A stretch of DNA of 59,615 nt from Bdellovibrionales bacterium (GTDB lineage: Bacteria; Bdellovibrionota; Bdellovibrionia; Bdellovibrionales; JAMPXM01). Location: assembly GCA_043739185.1 (NCBI GenBank), contig JAYUEN010000053.1, positions 1-59,615 of the forward strand. Reading direction: 5' to 3'. The first letter of the stretch is position 1. Each line of letters starts with the position of its first letter. This document shows, in pieces, positions 52,533 through 59,615 of the stretch. Below the pieces are notes generated by a model. It searched no databases, was not told the origin of the DNA, and saw only the letters and a list, made by a program, of their open reading frames with translations. A program made the position numbers and the translations under genes.

Positions 52533-53003
52533 ATGAAAGATTTTATTTTAACAATTGGTGTGATTCTCCTGGCGTTTTCATTTGCGATGGCAGACGAGCT
52601 TGTGCCAGCAACGTCTGATGATTTGTCTAATTTTGATGAACAAGTTAAGAACTCAACGCATAACGAAGCTTCCCCGAAGGATTCAACTAAAGTCGACGGA
52701 AAGAGTTCTTCACATCGCAAAGATGATAAAGATAAGGACAAGGACAATTTTGGCAAAATTGTTTCTACAGAGGCAAAAAAATTAAAAGATTCAGATTCGG
52801 ATTCTAAAAAAGGAATGGGCACTTGGGTAAGTGATCAACGACGTCAAGATGATAAGAAGCATCCAGATGTAGATTCTCATGCAGGAGCTCATGGTTCAGA
52901 CAATGATGATGCCCATTCGGCTGCGCCCAATGGACATAGTGCAGGTTCGGGTTCGCCAAACTCAAATGGTCATGGCAATTCCGATGGTGGCCATGGCCAC
53001 TAA
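52533..53003 (+). CDS. Secreted low-complexity Asp/Lys/His/Gly-rich protein
   Basis: AMA signal site; NFGKIVSTEAK motif; His/Gly-rich tail. Confidence 0.75.
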   Translation: MKDFILTIGVILLAFSFAMADELVPATSDDLSNFDEQVKNSTHNEASPKDSTKVDGKSSSHRKDDKDKDKDNFGKIVSTEAKKLKDSDSDSKKGMGTWVSDQRRQDDKKHPDVDSHAGAHGSDNDDAHSAAPNGHSAGSGSPNSNGHGNSDGGHGH

Positions 53004-53081
53004 AATGAGACTGCAAAATAGGTAACCGAAAAGTCTCAAACTGGTACCCTTAAAAAGGCTAAAATTTATTTTAATTTAAAT

Positions 53082-53108
53082 GAAACGAAAGTGGCGGCTT
53101 GTGCGTCT
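53082..53108 (+). promoter_or_regulatory. ECF-type promoter upstream of the PilZ gene
   Basis: GAAAC-N17-CGTCT; shares AATGAAACGAAA with the 51881 site. Confidence 0.65.
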
Positions 53109-53141
53109 TGCCTATATAAGAAACTAGCAAAGGTGAGTGAT

Positions 53142-53540
53142 ATGCCAAAAGAAGAAACACAAATTACAAAAGAGAATCGTAATTTCGGCCGCAGCTCGCT
53201 AGATGAAAGAATTCAAATTCTCAGGGAGAAAAGAGTCGGTGTTGAAGAGTGTGTTTCGGTAAGTCCTGGCGGAATGCTTTTGCGGATTGGAACGCGTTTT
53301 TATCGTACCGGTGATGGTATTGAAATGAAATTTTACATTCCACATTTTGGCAATTGGTTTGTTGTGCAGGCAAGAGTGCTCTACATTCTAAAGGCCATTC
53401 CTGGAGAAAGATATTCACGCCAAATGGGAGTGGAGTTTTTGAAACCTTCTGAGGAATTGCAAATGGCTATTAAAAGTTTTGTCAAAGTTTGCGAAACTCG
53501 AAGGTCTAATCTTGAGATTACTATTAAATCTGTTGGCTAA
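53142..53540 (+). CDS. PilZ-domain protein
   Basis: RNFGR (RxxxR), SVSPGGM, ARVLY, MGVEF. Confidence 0.85.
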   Translation: MPKEETQITKENRNFGRSSLDERIQILREKRVGVEECVSVSPGGMLLRIGTRFYRTGDGIEMKFYIPHFGNWFVVQARVLYILKAIPGERYSRQMGVEFLKPSEELQMAIKSFVKVCETRRSNLEITIKSVG

Positions 53541-53721
53541 TGTGAATTTTGAGCTGCAAAAATCACACAGTTGCACTCTGCTCCGCAATCAAATGCTCTA
53601 AAATTGAATAGGCAAAGTCAAAATACTGCGCTCGCGGTCGAACCTTGTTTATTGACTTTGCGCGAATATATTCAAGCCCTGAAGAATCAAACGCAACAAT
53701 TTGAAATCCAAGGATATTAAA

Positions 53722-54351
53722 ATGAAAAGATCCGCATTTTGGCTAGCTGTCGCTTTGGTGTTTCTATTTAGCCTTAACAATGCCGTGGCCGAAAGCGAGA
53801 CCAAGAATAAGCCAGAGGTTCTTGATCCTGCACCTGCTCCAAACCCAAATTCGGCTCAGCCAATTGAGACTGAAGTGAAGCGGGAGTCGGCAATTGCAAA
53901 GGGTGAAAGTCTAACAGCCGAAGATCAGCGAATTTTAGATCGGGGAGAAATGTCAAATGGTCGATATGTAATTAGCGGAATTATCGGCTTTTATCCTGGC
54001 TTCGGTATTGGGCATGCAATTCAAGGGCGATATTCTGAGCGTGGTTATATTTTTACCATTGGTGAAGTTGGGTCCGTGTTTTTGATGTCTATTGGGCTCG
54101 CCGATTGTCTCACTTCAGCCTATCCCTACAACGGCAGCTATTCTTGCCACAGTGGGCTCGTCACTGCTGGCGCAGTTGGTTTCTTCGGTTTTAAAATTTG
54201 GGAGCTGATCGATGTTTGGGCGGTGCCTTTAGAGCAAAATGAACGCTACCGACAATTAAAAAAGAGGCTTGGTGACAATGCGATTCGGATTGAGCCTATC
54301 TTGTATCCATTAGCCGATGGTGCCGTGGCTGGAATGAGACTTAGTTTTTAG
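53722..54351 (+). CDS. Exported membrane protein resembling the Borrelia P13-like family
   Basis: Signal peptide; GFYPGFGIGHAIQG..GYIFTIGE; KIWELIDVWAVP; terminal Phe. Confidence 0.6.
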   Translation: MKRSAFWLAVALVFLFSLNNAVAESETKNKPEVLDPAPAPNPNSAQPIETEVKRESAIAKGESLTAEDQRILDRGEMSNGRYVISGIIGFYPGFGIGHAIQGRYSERGYIFTIGEVGSVFLMSIGLADCLTSAYPYNGSYSCHSGLVTAGAVGFFGFKIWELIDVWAVPLEQNERYRQLKKRLGDNAIRIEPILYPLADGAVAGMRLSF

Positions 54352-55541
54352 CGAGCGTTTGTATTGAGATAGTCATCACTCAATGTTTGCATGAAAGCGA
54401 CTAAATCAAGAATATCTTGTTCGCTCAATTTCAAATCGCCAAGTTCCTTGTGGTTAACAGTTTCAGTAATTTCTGCAGTTGGCCAGCATCCGTTGATCTC
54501 AGCTTCATCGGCGGATAGTATTTTATTGCACGCTGGTTTTACATCTCGATCATTGTAGAATTCGACTACTTGTTTGAGCGTCTTAAAGTACCCATTGTGC
54601 ATATAGGGCGCAGTGAGTGCAATATTTCTTAGGGTCGGAACTTTGAATTTTCCTCTATCTTCCTCTCTCTGGGTCGTTTGCGAAAGTCCCATATCAGGAG
54701 CTGAGTGGCCCAAACTCACAAGCTCCGGATTGGTGGGTACGCCGAGATTGTCATAACTAAAATCAGTAAATAATGCCTTGCCAGATTCATTATCGGTTTC
54801 GAGGACATGGCAACCAATGCAATTAGCTGTTTTTGGATTTTTAAATTGGTTATATCCTCTCAACTCAGATTCCGTAAAGCTATCTTGGCCAGCAATCACT
54901 TTATCAAACTTAGAAGTAAACGCCGAAAATTTATCTGTGCGTTCAAAACTAGCCAGTGCCGTTGCAATTCCATCAAAGGCTTTCTCAAGTTGTCTTATGA
55001 ATTGAAGGCTTGACGGCAAACCAAAACTCATCATCTGGTCGCATGCGGAATCACCAAAAATACTTTTAAAGAGAGTGCCGTAGGTATTTGAATTGCAAAC
55101 TCCAGATACAACATATTCTTGAGTGGACGCCATTTCGATCGGATTTAGAAATGGCCCTTTTGCCTGTTCCTCTAAACTATTGGCTCGACCATCCCAAAAA
55201 AAACCGCCCTCATAACTGGTCTCGCCCTCTTCAGTTTTGAGCTCAAGCGGCTTTGAATATTTCATATAGGTAATAGTCGGCGCATTGCGGTTGCCAAAGT
55301 TAAATTTGTTGGCTCCCAATGATGATGCGAGGCCATTAGGATCTGTAAATCCTCTTTCTGGACTATGGCAACTTACGCAGGCTTGGCCATTGGGTTGAGA
55401 AAGACTGTGATCATTGAAAATAAATTCACCAAGTTGCTCAATTGATTCTTTTTGTTTAGCTAGCGAGGCCTCTGAATTTGGCATTTGAATAAATAGCAAA
55501 AGTCCAAGCAAGGTCATTTTGAAAGTGGTATGAGTTTTCAC
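54348..55541 (-). CDS. Di-haem cytochrome c peroxidase (bCcP/MauG family)
   Basis: CVSCH and CIGCH, RNAPT, FWDGRA, FKVPTLRNI, PYMHNG. Confidence 0.92.
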   Translation of the reverse strand: MKTHTTFKMTLLGLLLFIQMPNSEASLAKQKESIEQLGEFIFNDHSLSQPNGQACVSCHSPERGFTDPNGLASSLGANKFNFGNRNAPTITYMKYSKPLELKTEEGETSYEGGFFWDGRANSLEEQAKGPFLNPIEMASTQEYVVSGVCNSNTYGTLFKSIFGDSACDQMMSFGLPSSLQFIRQLEKAFDGIATALASFERTDKFSAFTSKFDKVIAGQDSFTESELRGYNQFKNPKTANCIGCHVLETDNESGKALFTDFSYDNLGVPTNPELVSLGHSAPDMGLSQTTQREEDRGKFKVPTLRNIALTAPYMHNGYFKTLKQVVEFYNDRDVKPACNKILSADEAEINGCWPTAEITETVNHKELGDLKLSEQDILDLVAFMQTLSDDYLNTNAR

Positions 55542-55766
55542 TTATGAGTGCCCCTTCTATAATCTAAAGATTGTAAAGCATTCGTGGAATTCACTTCTGA
55601 CAGATATGATCAAAGCTTAAGAAAAACAAGATAATTGATAGTCATTTTCATTTAGTTTTCATTAGTTCTTCTTTGACTCTTTTGTGCCTCGGTGGTCAAT
55701 ATAGACCGCCATAAAGATGAATTCGTTTTTTTAATAGAGTATTCATTTTGAATAAAGGAATGATTT

Positions 55767-57695
55767 ATGTGTGGATTAATGGCCGTTTATTCAAAGGCTC
55801 AAGCATTCAATCCAGAAATTCTTGAGCGTGCATTGCCATCACTTCGGCATCGCGGACCTGATGAACAAAATATTTGGATTTCTGAAAATAGTCGTGTAGG
55901 GCTCGGGCACACGCGCTTAAGCATCATTGGTCTACAGAATGGCAAGCAGCCTTTGGCAAACGAAGATAAAAAAATCCATGCAATTGTAAATGGCGAGTTT
56001 TACGGATTCGAAAAAATACGTGACGAATTAAAAAACCAGGGACATCAATTTAGCAGCGAATCAGATAGCGAAATTCTCATTCACCTCTATGAGGAAATGG
56101 GTACGGCATGCCTTCATAAACTTCGCGGCGAATTCGCTTGCGTCTTATGGGACGAAAAGAATCAAAGTTTTTTTGCGGCACGCGATCGCTTTGGCATAAA
56201 GCCGCTGTTTTATTCACGCGTCGGCGACAAGATCTTTTTGGCCTCTGAAATTAAAGCTCTACTTGCAATGGGTATTGAGGCGAAATGGGATCTCGAAGCG
56301 CAATTTCAACTTCATTCGGGCTCAACGCTTCCCAATCGAACACTCTTTTCTGGAATTTATTCGCTCCCCCCTGGTCACTTTTTGATTGCAAGTCGAGGGG
56401 ATTTTAAAATCTTGCCCTATTGGGATTTCAATTATCCAAAGGTGAACGAAAAGAAAAACGTGCCTAGCTTTGAAGAGAGTGTCGAAATCGTAAGAGCTAA
56501 ATTGCAAGAATCCATTCGACTTCGGATGCGTTCAGATGTGCCGGTAGGAGTCTATCTAAGCGGAGGAATAGATTCTTGCGCAATTTTAGGATTTGCTTCA
56601 CAGATGACATCGCGACCCTTAAGGGCCTTTAGTTTGAGTTTTGATAGTGGAACTTATGATGAGCGCGCAATTGCCCAAGAAATGGCAAAGCATGCGGGAG
56701 CAGAGTTTTGTCCGCTTGAGATTAGAGATCAAGATTTAGCTGATAATTTCGAAAAAGCAATTTTCGCCGGAGAATCGCTGATAACGAACGGCCATGCCGT
56801 TGCTAAGTTTATACTTTCGCAAAATGTTCAAAAGGCTGGTTATAAAGTTGTATTGACGGGTGAGGGTTCAGACGAAATTTTCGCAGGCTATGCACCATTT
56901 AAAAAAGACATGATCCTTTACAATTCAAAGCATAGTCCCGCAGAGTCCGCGAGATTACTTGAGGAATTGCAAATGACCAATTCAGTTTCACGAGGAACTT
57001 TATTAGCAAAAGAGACTGGGCCGTCCTCTCAGTCTCTGTTGCAAGCCTTGGGCTTTGTGCCTTCTTATCTTGAAGCATTTCTGATTGCGGGATCTAAACT
57101 GCGACCACTTTTGAGTCAGCAGTTTCTCAAAGACTTTAAGGATCGCGATCCCGCGCGAACTTTGCTAAATGAAATAGATGTTTGCAATCAACTCTCGGGG
57201 CGTGAGCCCTTGCACCAATCGATGTATTTGTGGAGTAAAACCACATTGCCGCAATATTTGTTAACTGTACTCGGTGATCGAATGGAAATGGCGCATTCAA
57301 TTGAGGGAAGAGTTCCGTTTCTGGATCACGAACTTGTTGAGACACTTGTGCAAATGCCGGCCTCATATAAAATAAACGGATTAATTGAGAAATATATTCT
57401 AAAAGAAGCCGCCAAGCCGATTCTGACAAAAACGGTTTACAATAGACAAAAACATCCCTTCTTGGCGCCGCCCACATCGCTTCAAAAAGAGAACCCACTC
57501 AATGAGCTCGTGCAAGATACATTGCGCGGGCCCAATGGTTTGGCGCAACTTCATTTTTACAACCAGAAAGAATCGCTTAAATTTCTTGATGCAATTCCTG
57601 ACTTGAGTGCTGAGACTCAGTCTGCGGTTGATCCCTTACTTATGATGATGGTAAGTAGCGCCATATTGCAAAAATCCTACGGGCTAACAATTTAA
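55767..57695 (+). CDS. asnB: Asparagine synthase (glutamine-hydrolysing) family amidotransferase
   Basis: MCG N-terminus, HRGPD, NGE, RDRFGIKPL, LSGGIDS, GEGSDE, EGRVPFLD. Confidence 0.93.
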   Translation: MCGLMAVYSKAQAFNPEILERALPSLRHRGPDEQNIWISENSRVGLGHTRLSIIGLQNGKQPLANEDKKIHAIVNGEFYGFEKIRDELKNQGHQFSSESDSEILIHLYEEMGTACLHKLRGEFACVLWDEKNQSFFAARDRFGIKPLFYSRVGDKIFLASEIKALLAMGIEAKWDLEAQFQLHSGSTLPNRTLFSGIYSLPPGHFLIASRGDFKILPYWDFNYPKVNEKKNVPSFEESVEIVRAKLQESIRLRMRSDVPVGVYLSGGIDSCAILGFASQMTSRPLRAFSLSFDSGTYDERAIAQEMAKHAGAEFCPLEIRDQDLADNFEKAIFAGESLITNGHAVAKFILSQNVQKAGYKVVLTGEGSDEIFAGYAPFKKDMILYNSKHSPAESARLLEELQMTNSVSRGTLLAKETGPSSQSLLQALGFVPSYLEAFLIAGSKLRPLLSQQFLKDFKDRDPARTLLNEIDVCNQLSGREPLHQSMYLWSKTTLPQYLLTVLGDRMEMAHSIEGRVPFLDHELVETLVQMPASYKINGLIEKYILKEAAKPILTKTVYNRQKHPFLAPPTSLQKENPLNELVQDTLRGPNGLAQLHFYNQKESLKFLDAIPDLSAETQSAVDPLLMMMVSSAILQKSYGLTI

Positions 57696-57815
57696 AACCA
57701 ATCATGGGGAACATGAGGTTGCTGTTTGCAAATGGTAACTTCAGTCTCTGGGATTACCTCTGACTCTGATTCTGCTGCAGATTGCCGAATGCCTGCGCCT
57801 GTCTTTTGGCAGTTG

Positions 57816-58286
57816 CTAGTATTTGTAATCACCCTGATCTTTTGTAATCGGCACTGAATAAATATTATATGGAATGCGGCGAGCTACTTCAAAAGCTTCG
57901 TTTGATGTCAACTCATTGTATCCGCGAATTTGTTCCCATCCATAGCCCCATCGCCAAGGAGTCGGGTAAAATGGGCTTCCTCCAACGCGTACACCTAGAA
58001 ACATAACTTCAGCAATATCTAGTTTGCCAGTGGCGGCAACACAGGCCCGAAGTTCATAGTCAGCTTGTAGGCGAAGTGCTGAGGTGCCTCCAGCCCAATA
58101 TTTTATATCATGGGCGACACAGCAATGTTGCCATAGTTTCGGTTCTTCTCGTGTGCCATCCGGAAATTTAGTGCAAGCATCAGTGGTAAATGAATTCAGT
58201 TTTCCGAACGGAAAACGAGGCGGTGTTTGATAAGCGCTTGCAGAAATAGTGCATTCAAAAAGCAAAAAAATGAATAGATATCTCAT
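57816..58286 (-). CDS. Secreted phospholipase A2-like protein
   Basis: ASA signal site; TDACT, CCVAHD..Y, AD..L..C pattern of PLA2 His-Asp folds. Confidence 0.6.
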   Translation of the reverse strand: MRYLFIFLLFECTISASAYQTPPRFPFGKLNSFTTDACTKFPDGTREEPKLWQHCCVAHDIKYWAGGTSALRLQADYELRACVAATGKLDIAEVMFLGVRVGGSPFYPTPWRWGYGWEQIRGYNELTSNEAFEVARRIPYNIYSVPITKDQGDYKY

Positions 58287-58351
58287 GCTCTCCCCAATTT
58301 AAATTATGACTTGATGTCAGAATCTTTATTGCTTAGGGGGAAGAGTTCTTC

Positions 58352-58367
58352 ATTAAACTAGTTTAAT
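58352..58367. promoter_or_regulatory. Perfect 16-bp palindrome between divergent genes (candidate Crp-family operator)
   Basis: ATTAAACTAGTTTAAT. Confidence 0.5.
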
Positions 58368-58397
58368 AAGCAGGCGCAAATGTGCTAAGATTTCGTT

Positions 58398-58997
58398 ATG
58401 CACGACCCATTTAGTAATCTTAAAGAATTTATGTTCAAACTCTCGAGCTATCCAGAATCAGAATTGAGCTACTTCATCAGCTTGCTCAAGGTAAAAGTTT
58501 TTGGGGCCAAAGAAATGCTATTAAGACAAGGTGATCTTGCAACCGAAATTTTTTTCGTTTCCAAAGGATTGCTTAAAACCTTTTTTATTGATGAAAATGG
58601 CAGTGAAGTAACAAAGGGCTTCATTTGGGAGAATGCATTGGCTGCGCCCTATGTCTCTATTTTGACTTCTCAAGCTTCAAATCTAGGAATCACTTCGCTA
58701 GAGAAAAGCGAAGTCATTAGTTTGCCGGCGAAAATTTTTACCTCACTTTATGACCGGCATTCTTGCTGGCAAGAAATGGGCAGAAAAATCGCGGAGAATT
58801 TACTCATAGAAAGAGAGCGCCGAGAGAAACAAATGCTCCTGTTGGATGCGGAAAAAAGATTGGAGTCTTTTTTAGAGAATTTTGGCCCCATTATCAAACG
58901 AATTCCACAATATGAAATCGCGTCTTATATTGGTGTGACTCCAGTGGCACTAAGTCAAATTAGATCGCGTCGTGCTAAAACTGGCAATATACCCTAA
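58398..58997 (+). CDS. Crp/Fnr-family transcriptional regulator
   Basis: cNMP-binding-type LLRQGD..IFFVSKGLL; HTH IPQYEIASYIGVTPVALSQIR. Confidence 0.9.
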   Translation: MHDPFSNLKEFMFKLSSYPESELSYFISLLKVKVFGAKEMLLRQGDLATEIFFVSKGLLKTFFIDENGSEVTKGFIWENALAAPYVSILTSQASNLGITSLEKSEVISLPAKIFTSLYDRHSCWQEMGRKIAENLLIERERREKQMLLLDAEKRLESFLENFGPIIKRIPQYEIASYIGVTPVALSQIRSRRAKTGNIP

Positions 58998-59031
58998 GGC
59001 TTCCTTCAGTTTTCAAGCAAGAGACACTCAC

Positions 59032-59048
59032 TGTCTCAAATTGAGACA
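59032..59048. promoter_or_regulatory. Palindrome TGTCTCA-N3-TGAGACA
   Basis: Perfect inverted 7-mers; a near-identical site lies at 10232-10248. Confidence 0.55.
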
Positions 59049-59146
59049 TATAAGCGTCTAAACTTAAAATTATTGCCTCTGTAAAGTTTTTTTTAAAATC
59101 GCGAAACGAAACACTCATCTCGAGTGCTGCGACTGAAGCTTTCTGC

Positions 59147-59615
59147 TTAGAATTTTTGGCGCCGTTGTTTGTTTACGTAAATGATACTTCCAATATAAAT
59201 TAATAAAAGCGGGACTATTAAAAGGATAGACAGCAATGACAAATTAAATAAAATTCCGTAACTAGCGTCGTTGGCAGATCTGGCCTCGGGAGGAATGCCA
59301 CTCATGAAATTAAAGACGACCTTTTCTAAATTGAGTACTGTGAGCCCGGTAATGATTGCGGTCAGAGGTAAAAGCGAACAAATTGAGCGGATGAGCCAAT
59401 TCAATTTTGCAAATCGCCCCAAGAAAAAAAACAAAAGCGCCACTCGCCAAGCGGCTACGATGCTGAGAAACTCAAGATGAATTAGGTTGGCACGTTCAAC
59501 TCCCCAAAGCATTTGAATAGGAATGGCATAAAGTAGGCCGGGAGGTGATGTCATTGCAACGAAAGTCAAAACTCTTCTGTAGGTCCAGTCATCAGGTTTG
59601 AAAGGTCGCACTATC
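59147..59615 (-). CDS. Integral membrane protein (5' end lies outside window)
   Basis: About four TM helices; frame is open to the window edge. Confidence 0.75.
   Translation of the reverse strand, partial: IVRPFKPDDWTYRRVLTFVAMTSPPGLLYAIPIQMLWGVERANLIHLEFLSIVAAWRVALLFFFLGRFAKLNWLIRSICSLLPLTAIITGLTVLNLEKVVFNFMSGIPPEARSANDASYGILFNLSLLSILLIVPLLLIYIGSIIYVNKQRRQKF

Overview
A gene-dense bacterial chromosome segment, most consistent with a Bdellovibrionota (Bdellovibrio-like predator). This is an inference from the FQNC lipobox protein, the lnt-mutS2 pair, a phage-tail-fibre-like adhesin, many orphan lipoproteins, and recurrent sigma54- and FliA-type promoter motifs. Recognisable genes: mutS2, lnt, a chemotaxis cluster (MCP-cheA-cheW-cheR/REC/cheB fusion; divergent cheY-cheX), two PilZ proteins, fadH, pepN, SRAP, an ECF sigma/anti-sigma module, a di-haem peroxidase, asnB and a Crp-family regulator. 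I saw no rRNA, tRNA, CRISPR array, integrase or transposase. The best candidates for undescribed biology are: (1) a ~90-100 nt non-coding element present twice (10051-10149 + and 39939-40042 -), with conserved blocks, a length-variable hairpin and pseudoknot potential, each copy lying just after a stop codon and upstream of a sigma54-type promoter of a lipoprotein gene; (2) a ~12 kb translationally coupled operon (24119-36180) encoding a giant metzincin lipoprotein, two paralogous ~1100 aa helical lipoproteins, an outer-membrane barrel and an alpha/beta hydrolase; (3) a sigma54-driven ~110 nt sRNA candidate at 5565-5676 (-); (4) an ECF module with a repeated promoter motif. All assignments come from motifs read by eye; no searches were run.
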